A stretch of DNA of 64,000 bases, taken from positions 1 to 64,000 of the forward strand of contig CAWJJC010000021.1 of assembly GCA_963843145.1 (NCBI GenBank). The letters run 5' to 3'. This document shows, piece after piece, positions 7,152 to 18,674 of the stretch; the stretch's first letter is position 1, and every line of letters begins with the position of its first letter. A model generated the notes under the pieces. That model worked only from the letters and a program-made list of their open reading frames with translations. It did no database searches and had not been told where the DNA came from. A program made the position numbers and the translations under genes. The DNA is from an uncultured delta proteobacterium (GTDB lineage Bacteria > Desulfobacterota > RBG-13-43-22).

Positions 7152-8090
7152 TTATTTCTTTAAATAATTATCTTCCAGGGCCTTGACCAGATTGGCCATG
7201 ACCGTGTAGTAGGGAGTAGGGACGCCCTTTTCCTTTCCGTACTCCACGACTTTCCCGCCCAGAAAATCGATTTCGGTGCGGGTCCGATTGGCGAGGTCCT
7301 GGCACATGGAATCCTTGTGGACTCCCACCTTTTCCAGATAGGCCAAGGCCTGTTGGAGATAATCGGCTCCCAGATCGTAGCCTTGGGCCTCGGCCACGGC
7401 GAGCACCTCCTGAAAGCAGGCGTCGGCGATCTCCCGAGTTGGCGGGAACTGCAGGGCCCCTTGGATGGTCTTGTCGGTTACGGCGCAGATCGAGGCCATG
7501 GTGCATTTCATAATCATTTTTTTCCAGACGAACCGTTTGATGTCGTCTACGTACTCGGTGTCCAAACCGCCGGCGGTCAATTGACCGGCCAGGCGCAGTC
7601 CCAGTTCCCGATTTTCGGGCACCAGTCCGCCCAAGTGGTTGGGACGATTGAAAAAAGCCGCCTCCACGCGCCCGGGGCCTCGCAGGGAAACGCCGTAGTT
7701 CAAGGACATGCGGAAGGCCGCGGCCGTCCCGAAACGGTCGGCAATCAGGTCTTCGGTCCCCAGACCGTTGTGGGTGCTGACCAGCTTCATCCCCGGCTGG
7801 AACACCTCATCCAGGTCCTCCAGGACACGCGGAAGATGGAAGGTCTTGGTGGCCAGGAAAACCGCCGCAGGCCGAAATTCCTTTAAATCCCCGATCCGGG
7901 TGAAAATATTTTTTGCCGGGACCTGATAGTCGAGGACCCCCGTGATCCGGATACCGTCCCGGAGAAGGCTCTCCTTCAGACCGGGCTGGGGATCGACCAA
8001 CAGGACTTCCGGATCATTTTTCAGCAGGGCCGCAGCCAGCACGGCGCCGGTGGCCCCAATCCCCACGACGGCTAAGGTGAGTTTTTCCAT
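7152..8090 (-). CDS. 2-dehydropantoate 2-reductase (ketopantoate reductase) family protein
   Basis: VGIGATG Rossmann motif, TK, HNGLG, WKK, SMCQD..RTEIDFLGGKVV..GVPTP. Confidence 0.85.
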   Translation of the reverse strand: MEKLTLAVVGIGATGAVLAAALLKNDPEVLLVDPQPGLKESLLRDGIRITGVLDYQVPAKNIFTRIGDLKEFRPAAVFLATKTFHLPRVLEDLDEVFQPGMKLVSTHNGLGTEDLIADRFGTAAAFRMSLNYGVSLRGPGRVEAAFFNRPNHLGGLVPENRELGLRLAGQLTAGGLDTEYVDDIKRFVWKKMIMKCTMASICAVTDKTIQGALQFPPTREIADACFQEVLAVAEAQGYDLGADYLQQALAYLEKVGVHKDSMCQDLANRTRTEIDFLGGKVVEYGKEKGVPTPYYTVMANLVKALEDNYLKK

Positions 8091-8130
8091 GATTCGACTC
8101 GTCTCAGGGCAGGCCTCCTGTTCCGCTCAT

Positions 8131-8170
8131 AATTATTAATTGACAATTGACAATTGATTATTGGCTATTG
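8131..8170. repeat. AT-rich heptamer tandem repeat (family also at 39001-39040, 51781-51818)
   Basis: attgaca/attgatt/attggct units; reverse complement matches the other copies. Confidence 0.7.
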
Positions 8171-10441
8171 GTCTTTCTTCATTCCCTTAAGGATCTTCTC
8201 CGGGGTGATAGGCAAATCCTTGCACCGGTAGCCCGTGGCGTGGAAAACGGCCTCGGCGATGGCCGGGGCCGTGGGCGAGGCCAATCCTTCCCCGCATTCC
8301 TTGGCCCCCCGAGGTCCTTCGGGTTCGTAGGTCTCTATATGCACCACTTCGCTGCGGGTCGGCATATCCAGGGCGTTGGGCATCTTGTAGTCCAGAAAAT
8401 TGGTGTTCAGGGTCTTGCCGCCGTCCATGACGAACTGCTCGCAGAGGGCGTAACCCAGCCCCATCTGGATGGACCCGGCCAACTGACCTTCCACGCCTCG
8501 GGGATTGATCACCGTGCCGCAGTCGTGGGCCGTCCACATCTGCTTGACCTTCACCAGTCCGGTTTCTCGGTCCACCTCGGTCTGGGCCACCTGGGCCCCA
8601 AAACCAAAGGCCGGCGTCACCAGGCCCTTGTCCCGCGGCGTATAAGAGCCCCGGGCTACCAGGGGCTCGCCCCGCTTGGCCTTCTGGACCATGGCCACGG
8701 CCTCGCCGAAGGAGACGCCTTTATCGGGTCGCCCCTTGGCCTGGACCCGGCCGTCCCGGCACTCCAGCTCATAGATGACGTTCATGTTGAAGCGGGCCGA
8801 TACGGCTCCGAAAAGCTCGGCCTTGACCTTTTTGGCGGCGTCGATCACCGCGTTGCCGCCCATGAGGGTCACCCGACTGCCCCAGGAACCGAGGTCGGCC
8901 TGGGGGGTCATGGCCGTGTCCCCGGAGGTGATGCGGATGTCCTCCATGCGCAGTCCCAGCTCCTCGGCCAGGATCTGCTTGAGCACCGTATCCGAGCCCT
9001 GACCGATATCGGCCGTCATGGTCAGCAGATGGACCGTGCCGTCGGCAAAGGCCCGGATCTCCGCGGCCGAAAAGGGATAAGGCGTATTGAACCAGTTGAA
9101 GACCCCACCGGAGATGAAGCTGTAGCAGCCGATACCGATGCCCTGGCCCGGCTTGAGGTTCTTACGCTTCTCCTTCCAGCCGCTCATCTTGGCCACCGCC
9201 TTGATGGATTCGACAAAGCCGCAACTGGAGATGGTGGCCACGTCCGGAATCTGATCGCCGCTCACCTGGGCGTTCTTGAGGCGCAGCTCCACCGGGTCGA
9301 GGCCCAGTTCCTCGGCGGCCAGGTTCATTTGGGTCTCCGTCACGTAGAGGGACTGGGGGGCGCCAAAACCGCGCATGGCGCTGGCCGGCGGCTTGTTGGT
9401 GTAGACGTGCTGCCCATGGAAACGGTAGTTCGGGAAGCGGTAGAGCATGGCCCCGAAGTTGCCGCAGAGAAAGGTGGCCGTAGGCCCCATGGCGTTGTAG
9501 GCCCCGCCGTCCAGGGTGATTTTCAGGTCCTTGGCCGTCAGGGTGCCGTCCTTTTTGAAGCCCACCCGGGACTGGAGCTTCATGGGATGGCGGCGCCGCC
9601 CGGCCAGGAACTCTTCCTCCCGGGTGAGGGTGAACTTTACCGGGCGGCCGGTTTTCTTAGCCATCAGGGCCGCGCAGAACTCCCAGGTCCGCAGCTCCAT
9701 CTTCCCGCCAAAACCGCCGCCCACAAAAGGCTTGACCACGCGAATATCGTTTTCCCGCATGCCCAGGGTGGAGGCCAGCAGGCATTGGACGATGTAGGGA
9801 ACCTGGGTGGAGGTCCAGAGGGTGATCCGCCCGTCCTGGTCGGTCTGAGCCAGGGCGGAGCAGGGCTCCAGATAGGCATGGCTCTGGGCATGGACGGTGA
9901 AGGTATCTTCCCGGACATAGTCCGCTTCGGCAAAGCCCTTTTCCAGGTCACCGTACTGGATCTTGCGGTTGACGCTCACGTTGCTGGGACAGTAGTCGTG
10001 CAGCACCGGGGCACCGGGTGCGCTGGCCGAATCCACATCAAAAACCGCCGGCAGCTCCTCATATTCCACCTCGATAAGACCCAGGGCTTCCTCGGCGGTA
10101 TCCAAATCCACGGCAGCCACGGCGGCCACCTCATCTCCGATGAAGCGGACCTTGTCGACCGCCAGGGGATATTCGTCCTGCGTTTCCGGGAACAAACGCC
10201 AGTTCCCGTACTTGATCTTGGGGGTGTCTTCGGCGGTAAGGACGCACTTGACCCCGGGCAGGGCCGCGGCTTTGCTGACGTCGATATGTTTGATCCGGGC
10301 GTGGGGCAGCGGGCTTCGTAAAATCTGCCCGTGGAGCATGCCCGGCAATTTCAGGTCGTCCGTATAGAGGGCCGTTCCCCGGGCCTTAGCCTCGGCGTCA
10401 TTGCGGGGAACCTCTTTTCCGATAATCATAAACTGTTCCAT
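8165..10441 (-). CDS. Xanthine-dehydrogenase-family molybdopterin subunit, HcrA (4-hydroxybenzoyl-CoA reductase alpha)-like
   Basis: LRSPLPHARI, TQVPY, KPFVGGGFGGK, AMRGFG, DIGQGSDT, GPRGAKECGE. Confidence 0.85.
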   Translation of the reverse strand: MEQFMIIGKEVPRNDAEAKARGTALYTDDLKLPGMLHGQILRSPLPHARIKHIDVSKAAALPGVKCVLTAEDTPKIKYGNWRLFPETQDEYPLAVDKVRFIGDEVAAVAAVDLDTAEEALGLIEVEYEELPAVFDVDSASAPGAPVLHDYCPSNVSVNRKIQYGDLEKGFAEADYVREDTFTVHAQSHAYLEPCSALAQTDQDGRITLWTSTQVPYIVQCLLASTLGMRENDIRVVKPFVGGGFGGKMELRTWEFCAALMAKKTGRPVKFTLTREEEFLAGRRRHPMKLQSRVGFKKDGTLTAKDLKITLDGGAYNAMGPTATFLCGNFGAMLYRFPNYRFHGQHVYTNKPPASAMRGFGAPQSLYVTETQMNLAAEELGLDPVELRLKNAQVSGDQIPDVATISSCGFVESIKAVAKMSGWKEKRKNLKPGQGIGIGCYSFISGGVFNWFNTPYPFSAAEIRAFADGTVHLLTMTADIGQGSDTVLKQILAEELGLRMEDIRITSGDTAMTPQADLGSWGSRVTLMGGNAVIDAAKKVKAELFGAVSARFNMNVIYELECRDGRVQAKGRPDKGVSFGEAVAMVQKAKRGEPLVARGSYTPRDKGLVTPAFGFGAQVAQTEVDRETGLVKVKQMWTAHDCGTVINPRGVEGQLAGSIQMGLGYALCEQFVMDGGKTLNTNFLDYKMPNALDMPTRSEVVHIETYEPEGPRGAKECGEGLASPTAPAIAEAVFHATGYRCKDLPITPEKILKGMKKDQ

Positions 10442-10462
10442 GGTTGTTCCTTTCCGCCGGCC

Positions 10463-11338
10463 CTAACGCTTGCCGGCCCGTTTCTGGGCTTCCAGCAAAG
10501 CCCGGCGGGTCAAGACCCCCACCATCTGCTTGCGATAATCCGCGCTGGCCCGCATGTCGGTAATGGGCCGGGATTCTTCGGCGGCCTTTTCCCCGGCGAG
10601 AGCGATCAAGTCCGGCGTCCAGGCTTTGCCGCGAACCAGGTCTTCGGCCTGTAAGGCCCGCAGGGGGGTGGGACCCACGGCCCCCAGAATGATGCGGACC
10701 TCCCGGCAGGTTTCGCCTTCGAAGACAACCGCCGCTCCCACGGAGACGGCGCAGATGTCTACCTGGCCGCGGGCGGAGACATGCTGATAGTCAGCGCCCG
10801 AATAAGGCGGCGGGGGCGGCACTTGAATGGCGGTCAGAATTTCCCCGGGCGTGAGCACCGTCTGCCCCGGCCCCTTGAAGAATTGATCGAGGGCGACCCG
10901 CCTTTCCCCCCGCGAACCGGCCAGGACCATCTCGGCTCCCAGGGCCATCAGGGTGGGGGCGTTATCGGCGGACGGCGCGGCGTTGCAGAGATTGCCGCCC
11001 ACCGTCCCCAAGTTGCGGACCTGCACGTTGGCCGTTACCCCGGCCGCGTAGGCCACGGCCGGATAGCGCCGCCGGATATCGGGATGGGCCGCCACTTCGG
11101 CCAGCGTGGCCGCAGCCCCGATGGACAACCCGGTCTTGGGCTTATAGGTTATGGTCTTCAACGCGGCAATGCCGCCCAGATGGATAATCGCCGAGGGCTT
11201 CACCAGTCCATGACGCATGCGGATAATCAGGTCGGTCCCGCCGGCCAGGACCCGGGCCTCGGGTCCCTTTTCGGCCAGCAGCCGAAGGGCTTCGGCCACC
11301 GTGGTCGGCGCGGCATAATCGAAATGGGGTAGTCTCAT
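10463..11338 (-). CDS. Xanthine-dehydrogenase-family FAD-binding subunit
   Basis: MRLPHFDYAAP..LAGGTDL..QVRNLGTVGGNLCNAAPSAD..ITDMRASADYR. Confidence 0.9.
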   Translation of the reverse strand: MRLPHFDYAAPTTVAEALRLLAEKGPEARVLAGGTDLIIRMRHGLVKPSAIIHLGGIAALKTITYKPKTGLSIGAAATLAEVAAHPDIRRRYPAVAYAAGVTANVQVRNLGTVGGNLCNAAPSADNAPTLMALGAEMVLAGSRGERRVALDQFFKGPGQTVLTPGEILTAIQVPPPPPYSGADYQHVSARGQVDICAVSVGAAVVFEGETCREVRIILGAVGPTPLRALQAEDLVRGKAWTPDLIALAGEKAAEESRPITDMRASADYRKQMVGVLTRRALLEAQKRAGKR

Positions 11339-11832
11339 TTTTTCACCTCTTCCACCGGGTTCCCCTGCATCTTTCCGGCAGCCACGGCGATGGCCTCGAC
11401 GATTTGGTTGTATCCTGTGCAACGGCAGAGATGGCCCGAGAGACCGGCCCGGATTTCCTTTTCCGTCGGCGAGGGATTATGATTCAACAAGTTCAAAGCG
11501 GACATTTCCATGCCGGCGGTGCAAAAACCGCACTGAATGGCCCCAATTTGGATAAAGGCCTCCTGAATGGGATGGAGCGTTTCGCCCGAAGGGGCCAGTC
11601 CCTCCACGGTCTGGACGGATTTGCCGTCGACCGTTACCGCCAGGGTCAGGCAGGAATTGACGGACCGCCCCTCCACCAGGACCGTACAGGCCCCGCAGTC
11701 CCCGGTACCGCAGCCCAGTTTGGTGCCGGTCAGGTTGAGGTCCTCGCGCAGCACGTCATTTAAAGTCCGCCAGGGGTCCACGAACAGGGAAACCGCGTCC
11801 CCGTTCACCTTAAAGCAGATTTGATGCTTCAT
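11335..11832 (-). CDS. Xanthine-dehydrogenase-family 2x[2Fe-2S] subunit
   Basis: GTKLGCGTGDCGACTV..QCGFCTAG..LCRCTGY. Confidence 0.92.
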   Translation of the reverse strand: MKHQICFKVNGDAVSLFVDPWRTLNDVLREDLNLTGTKLGCGTGDCGACTVLVEGRSVNSCLTLAVTVDGKSVQTVEGLAPSGETLHPIQEAFIQIGAIQCGFCTAGMEMSALNLLNHNPSPTEKEIRAGLSGHLCRCTGYNQIVEAIAVAAGKMQGNPVEEVKK

Positions 11833-11923
11833 GTGTGCATGCTCTCCGATCCTTGATTACCTCCATTTCATGCTTTTTCAAAAATGATCTAAGTTCTTTC
11901 CCTCCCCTTGTCAATATTTTTGG

Positions 11924-13461
11924 CTAGACCCTTCTTTCTTTTTCTTTCCATATTCCGTCCATAAAAAAGGAGTATTTTTCCCGTGGGGTTCGGAAGGTGA
12001 GCTCGGAATCTATTGAATCTTTTACTCGAATTCTGTTTGCACAGGGCAATGATCTCTTCTTCCGTAGCCTGCCGGTCCGCTTTAGAACGACCAGGGCCTT
12101 GACGGATTCCCCCCAGTAGTCATCGGGAATCCCCACGACCGCCGCTTCCAGAACCGCTTCATGGGTGTAGATAACCTCTTCGATCTCCCGGGGATAAATA
12201 TTTTTGCCTCCACTGATAATCATATCTTTTTTTGGATTTCAACAATGAAGACGTATCCGGCCTCGTCAACTCTACCGAAATCTCCGGTATAGAGCCACCC
12301 GTCCCGGATGGTCCGGGCGGTTTCCTCCGGCAGTTCCCAGTAACCGCTGGTCATGGCCTCGCTACGGACGACAATTTCCCCCATCTCCCCGATAGCCGCC
12401 TCCCGGCCTTCCGTGGTGACGATCCGGACCTCATAATCCATTAAAGGCCTTCCGGCCGAGGCCAGTCGTGGCCAATTGGGCCTCGGTGCCTTCCAGCCGA
12501 TGGTCTTCGGGCCGCAGGGCCGTGGTCGACGGGCCGGTTTCGGTCTGGCCGTACAGTTGGATGAATTGGCAAGGGAACTTTTTCATGGCCTGCTTCAGCA
12601 ATTCCACCGGCATGGGTGAAGCGGCGTAGGGAAGCAATCGGAAGCGGCTCAGGTCGTAGGCCTCCAGGTCTTCCACTTGGAGCAACGCATTGATCATGGT
12701 GGGAACGAATTGGCAAATGGTAATTCCCTCTCGGGCGAGGATGTCCAGAACGGCTGGGGGATCGAAACTACCTTCTCTCCGGATGACGATGGTATTGGCC
12801 ATCAGCAGGTGACGCAAATTATCCACGAAGGTAACATGGTAAAAAGGAAACAGCAATAAAGCGCGGTCGTCATAGCGGACCCCCAGTTCGAGGGCGCAGC
12901 TCATCATATTGATCCAATCATGGCGATGGGTCCGCATGACGCCCTTGGGCCGGCCGGTGGTCCCGGAGGTCAGGAAGATGCTGATGAGGTCGCTGTCGGC
13001 AATAGTCACCCCGGTTCCTGCTCCGTCCCGGCGTCCACCAGGGCGCCAAATGACGGAAAAGCGGCGAAGGTTCCCCCCAGGTCGATCGGAAATTCCAGGA
13101 AGGGCAATTCCGGAAGGATCGTCCGGGTCAGTTCGCTGAAATCGTCGTCGAACACCAGCGCTCGCGGTCGGACATAGGAAAAAATTTGGATCAGTTCCCG
13201 GGCCTTCAAGAGGTTGTTCACCGGGACGAAGATGATCCCCGATTTAGCACAGGCAAAATAGATCTCGATGAACTCCGGGCCGTTATGCAGCAGCACGGCT
13301 ATCCGGTCGCCCGCCTGTAACCCCAGCTCTAAAAGGCGGTTGGCAATCCTATTCACGCGTCGGTTCAACGCGCTATAGGTGATTCGCTCCTCCTCGAAAA
13401 TGAGGGCCTCCTTGTCCGGAAAATTGACGGCGCTTCTTCTTAATATATCGCCAACACCCAT
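11924..13461 (-). pseudogene. Acyl-CoA synthetase (AMP-forming), split by several frameshifts (decay or sequencing errors)
   Basis: Four ORF pieces carry [35 protein letters not shown]; 3' end garbled. Confidence 0.8.
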
Positions 13462-13478
13462 TGCTATTCCTTCCTTGC

Positions 13479-14625
13479 TCAGGATGTCAGTCCGAGGCCG
13501 CGGCTGATAATCAGTTTCATGATTTCGCTGGTCCCGGCAAAGATGGACAGGCAGCGCACATCCCGATAGATTTTGCAGACGCGGTATTCTTCCATATAGC
13601 CGTAGCCTCCATGGATCTGGACCGCCTGGTAGGCGATGCGGTTCACCATTTCACCAAGCCAGTATTTGGCCATGGAGACTTTCTGCACAATGTTGTGGCC
13701 GCGAATATGATCGCGGATCAGGCTGTCCAAAAAGGTGCGACCCAGTTGGACCTCGGTGGCCATATCCGCCAGCCGAAAGGCGTTGTATTGAAAATGGCCG
13801 ATCGGTTTACCGAAGGCCTCCCGGGTTTTGGCGTATTGGAGGGCCTCTTTGAAGGCCTCCTCGGCCAGGACCTGGCATTTAATGGAGACCTCCAACCGCT
13901 CCTGCTGGAGCTTGGCCATCATGTACTTGAACCCCAGGCCCTCCTCACCCAGCAGGTTGGCGGCCGGCACCCGGCAGTCTTCAAAGAAAAGCTCGGCGGT
14001 ATCCTGCATATGGTAGCCCATCTTGGAGAGCTTCCGGCCGCGATGAAACCCCGGCGCGTCCTTATCGACCAGGATCAGGCTGATACCCCGATGCCCGACC
14101 TCGGGATTCGTCTTGACCGCCACCACGATCAGGTCGGCGAAATAGCCGTTGGTGATAAAGGTCTTTTGGCCGTTGATGACATAGGTATCGCCATCTCTGA
14201 CGGCCCGGGTACGGATGGCCGCCAGATCGGAGCCGGCGTTAGGTTCGGTCAGTCCGATGGCGGTGATGAATTTCGCCCGTGGTACACCCGGGCAGCCAGC
14301 GCTCCTTGATCTCGGGACGGGCAAAGGAGTAAATATAGGGGGTGGCCACGTCACTGTGAAGCGGCACTTCCACCCCGAAGGCGTTTCCCCGCAGCAGTTC
14401 CTCATTGATGATGACCGAATATTCGAATCCCAAGCCCAGCCCTCCGTATTCTTCGGGCAGCCAGGGGCACAAGAAACCCTCGCTCCCCATCCGGCGCCAG
14501 ATGCTCCGCGGTACGGCGTGCTGCTCCTCCCATTCGGCAATGTGGGGCGTGATCTCCCGAGCCACAAACTTCCGGAAGGAGTCCCTAAAGATCTGATGTT
14601 CTTCGGTGTAGAAATTGTCATCCAT
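13479..14625 (-). pseudogene. Acyl-CoA dehydrogenase with one frameshift near 14270
   Basis: MDDNFYTEEHQIFRDS.. joined to AIGLTEPNAGSDL..INGQKTFITNG..QIHGGYGYMEEY. Confidence 0.85.
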
Positions 14626-14682
14626 TGGAGGTACCTCGCTGAATCCTTGGCCACGGCCCAAGCTCCGGGACAAAACCGGTAG

Positions 14683-15422
14683 TTAATAAATATGACGAAC
14701 CGGCCAAGCCCCCAGCTTAACCTGCTTCTCGCCTTGGACCTGGTCCAGGCGCACCTTGTTGACTCCTTCGATGTGGCCCGGCCCATAATTCAAGGGGGTA
14801 TTGGTTACGCCGCCGGTGTCGAAATTCTTGATCTGATAAAAACCATGCGTGAGTACATCCACCGGCTTCAGTTTCTCCAGGGGAGTTTTTTGCATGGCCA
14901 GGCGCAAGGCCTCAACCTGGGTCATGACTTCAGCCAAGCCTTCCATATACATGGTGTTATGAACCAACTTATTGGGACGATACTTCTTTTGTAATTCGAG
15001 GGCAAACTTCACCCCCGGGAGATCATCCGACCAGGAGGGAAAGCTGCCGCCGACTACGACGCCTTCGCCTAACTTGCCCATCTTCTCGCGGAAGGTATTG
15101 ATGATACAGGGATAGGCAAAACCAAATAAATGGAAAGGGCTTTGGCGGGTTTGAGTTAGTCGTCACGCCATAAAAGCTCCAGGGTAACATCGGCCGGCCA
15201 TTTCTCACTGCGCCAGGGCGCCAGGCCTTTGGTCTCGTTGACATACTTGATATAGTCCTCAAAAGCAGTCAAAATGGCCGCCGAATCTTCCGCATAAGGA
15301 CCGGTGAGGGACATCGTACCGCCGACATACACCATTTTAGCGACGGCGGAGGTAGGGGACATCCAGACTCCAACCGCCAGAATCACCAGACAAACTCCCC
15401 AAAACCATCTGCTTTTTTGCAT
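14683..15422 (-). pseudogene. ABC transporter substrate-binding protein (branched-chain amino acid type), nonsense codon plus large internal deletion
   Basis: Signal peptide, SLTGPYA, WRDD*LKPAKALSIY joined out of frame to FGFAYP..; ~740 nt vs ~1.2 kb typical. Confidence 0.75.
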
Positions 15423-15698
15423 GTTTTTCTCCTTGGTGGTTAGATTCTTACATTCATTGTTCTGAGAATTTGTCTCTAACAATGGATGTAAGAATCTAAA
15501 TTAACAGACGTTATCTTTACCGGAGCAACGTTCTTTGCTCATCGAATACCCGACTGGGGGGCCGCCACCCCTCGTCCGACCAGGCCGGACGAGGGGAGAC
15601 GGTGGGAGAAAAAGAGGCGCTTTTGTTCGCTTCCTGGGAAGCCCTCGTGAAAACGAGGGCTAGGGGAATAGGCCGATTCATTAGGCGATCCCCCCCGA

Positions 15699-17299
15699 CT
15701 ATTTCGGCAGATCGTCCGGGGACTCCCAATCCTTCATGGCCTGCATCCAGGGAGCGCGTTCCACGAAAACGTCGTGGGCCAGAGGCACCGGTGGATGAGA
15801 CTTCCATTTGGGGTCGAACTCGTTCTTCACCTTAAGCAGGAATTCATGGTAATTGGGGCCGTATTTCGGTCCGGTCAGATAAAGGGGCTGATGGGGACCG
15901 AGCAGCGAGGTGTAGAAACGGTTCTTGATGTTCATCTTGGAGGTATCCACGTAGAATTGATCCACCGGGTTGGTGTCGTCGTCCTGATCCCAATAGATCA
16001 GGAATTCCGAATAGCCCTGGTGGCCCAGTTCGAAGCTCTGGAACCAACCGGGGTCGCCGTAATCGGGCATCAGCGGCGGGGTGTACTTTTTCTTCAATTC
16101 CGCGTAGGAGGGACCGTGGTCCGGGGACTGGGAAAGGGTCTCGATGACATAGTCCACGGAAACGTAGCCGCCGCACATGAGCCACATGCCGGCCGAATCG
16201 GCGTTCTTGATCCAGGACTCGTCGGAGGGCTTGGTCCGGCGGGCAATGCCGCCTAAGGGCGTCATGATATCCATCAGGACCCTTTCGTCGTATTCCATCT
16301 GCTCTTCCGAGGTGAAGCCAATAAGCAGCACGCGGACGATGAAGAAGTTGGCCACCGTTTCCTCGTTTTCTTTGCTCCAGAGGTCCCAGAAATCCTCCTT
16401 GGACTCCGCTTTGGCAATGGCCCGCCAGAAGAGGGGGACCTTGGTCACTGCCCCGCCGATTTCGGCGTGGCCGATTTCCCGCATGGCCTGGACCTGGGCT
16501 TCCTTGGAGGGCACGGTGAAATTGATCCATTTGATCCTTTTTTCCGGCAGGGCCAGGGCCGTATTGGGCGAGATGCCCGTGGGTTCCAGTCGTTCGGGCT
16601 GGAAGGGCAGGGTCTTGATGGCCATGCGGGTGACAATCCCCAGACAGCCGCGCAAGCCCGTGTAGCCCCGCAGCAAGCCCCGCAGGTCCGGTCCCGGGCT
16701 TTCCCCCCAGAAGGGATCGTCGCCGGTGGCCAGGGAACCGAGTCGGAGGATTTCCCCGTCGGGCAGGACCATCTCCGTGCCCAGGATGCGTCGGTGCGGC
16801 AGGCCGATGCGGTGGCTCAGGGGGGACCAGCCGTCGCCGATCAGGTTGGCGATGGCCGAGGCCTGGGCCCCGCCGCCCCCGATAACCACATAGGCCCCGT
16901 GCTTCATGGATTCTTCCTGGATGGGGGAATAGATCATCCCCGGACCCACCTCCACATAAAAGTGTTTTTCATCCAGGATGAAATCGTTCATGCGTTTCAG
17001 GTCGATCAGCAGGGCGTCCTCCACGTGGGGATGAGAACGGGGCCCGTAAAAGCCCGTACTGTAGGGGACGTAGGGGATATCGTGGCGGTAGCAGACCTTG
17101 ACTATCCGCGAGACTTCTTCCGTGGTCCTGGGCATGATCACGCAGGCCGGGATTCGGGTCATGACCCGTTCGTACCCCAAGCCGCTTTCGTACCCCCCGG
17201 GCCGCTGCGATAGCCCTCGCAGATCACCGGGTCGTCGGAGACGTAAGCCGGGCCCGCGATGGATTCAAAAACCTTATATATTTCTTTGGAAATTGCCAT
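15699..17299 (-). CDS. FAD-linked oxidoreductase (VAO/PCMH/GlcD-like), frameshift at homopolymer near 17195
   Basis: MAISKEIY.. start; PACVIMPRTTEEV, LIDLKRMN, EMVLPDGEILRLGS, GPDLRGL, GIVTRM. Confidence 0.8.
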
Positions 17300-17336
17300 G
17301 GTGTTCCTCCTTCAAAAATATTTCAAGTATTTTTGG

Positions 17337-18663
17337 CTAGGCTTCCAGGGAGGCGCAGATCACTTCCGAGATATCCCGGACCTGCACCGCCTCGCCGCCG
17401 GCCTTGACGGCCTGGGTGAAATTATTTTTACACCAGGGGCAGGCTGTGACCAGCGTTTCGGCGCCGATCTCCCTGACCTCTTCCAGCCGCTGGGCAGCCG
17501 CCCAAGCGGCAAATTCCGGAAAAGCTTCCTGGGTGCCCCGGCCGGCGCCGCAACAGAAGGCATTCTCCCGGGTTCGCGGCATTTCCACCAGCTCCACGCC
17601 GGGGATGGCCTTGAGGATATCCCGGGGTTGGGCGTAAATCCCGTTGGTTCCGCGTCGCCGCTTCAGCCGGGGTTCCACACAGCCCATCCAGCCCCGCTTT
17701 CCCTCATAGGGTGTCCAGGGCTCGCTCAACCGGCTGAGGCTGCAAGCGTCATGATAGGTCAACCGGGTCTCCAGGGGCTTTTTCATTTTGAGGGCACCGT
17801 TTTTAACTTGTTCGTCCACGAACTCTACCAGGTGAACGACCTGGAAGCCGAGATCCTCCGTGGAAATATTCAGGAGTTTGGGTACGTCCACCTTCCACAT
17901 GCGCAGGCCTTCGGCGCAGCTCAGGAGCAGGGTCTTGGCCCCGGTCCGGCGGACTTCCTCCACATTGCGGCGGGCCAGCTCCCGGGCCTGATCCAGCAGG
18001 CCCACGGAAAAAAGGGTGTTGCCGCAGCACCATTCGTCCGGCAGGAGCATGAATTTAGTCCCGGCGGCCTGAAGAATTTTCGCCGTGGACTGGGCGATCT
18101 CTTGGTTGACATAGGAGGCCGTGCAGCCGACGAAGTAGAGCACGTCCGCCTTGGCGGCCGGAGTGATTCCGGCGGAGATCCAATCCCTCCGTTTTGGCGT
18201 GAGGGGCGCCATACAGGTTATGTTGCGCGGAAATGTTCCCGGCGATCTTCTTGTGCGCCGGCATGGGGCCCACGCCGTCCTGAACGGCCTTAACGCGGAG
18301 CGATTCCAGGCTGAGCTCGATTTCCAGGTCCAGGTTCCTTTTGCAGCCCACGTCGCAGGCCCCGCAGAGGGTGCAGGCGTAGATCACTTCCAGGGCTCGT
18401 TCGTTCCAGGGCAGCAAACCTTCGGCCATGGCGTGGCCGATGCGCATTTTGCCATAGGCCCCGTAGGCGTCGAATTCATACTTGGCGGCGCTGGGGCAGC
18501 GGGTCATAAACCGGGCACCCGGCATATAGGTGTGGTCCACCCAGGTACAGCCTTTGCATTTGATGCAACGGCTCATGTCATAGACAAAATTTTGTATATC
18601 GGTAATATCGAATTTGAAATCCGCTTTCGGTCGGTAATAACGGATGGGTTGTTCAGTGGCCAT
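17337..18663 (-). CDS. Fe-S protein with 4Fe-4S motifs and two CCG domains (GlpC/HdrD-like), frameshift near 18195
   Basis: CIKCKGC, CTLCGACDVGC, YFVGC, EWCCG, TYHDAC, FCCGAG, TACPWC. Confidence 0.85.
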
Positions 18664-18674
18664 AGTTACCCTCC

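Noticed and set aside
8147-10321. 724-aa plus-strand ORF (and similar long antisense ORFs, e.g. 17259-18293, 47985-48842, 61337-62311)
   Set aside because: Shadow frames of well-supported opposite-strand genes in GC-rich DNA; no recognisable motifs.
15568-15596. 11-bp GC hairpin as a riboswitch or terminator
   Set aside because: No U-tract and no aptamer motif; probably an mRNA-stabilising stem.
17190-18200. Programmed ribosomal frameshifting in the catabolic genes
   Set aside because: Shifts go in both directions at ordinary homopolymers, without consistent slippery heptamers or stimulators; errors or decay are simpler explanations.
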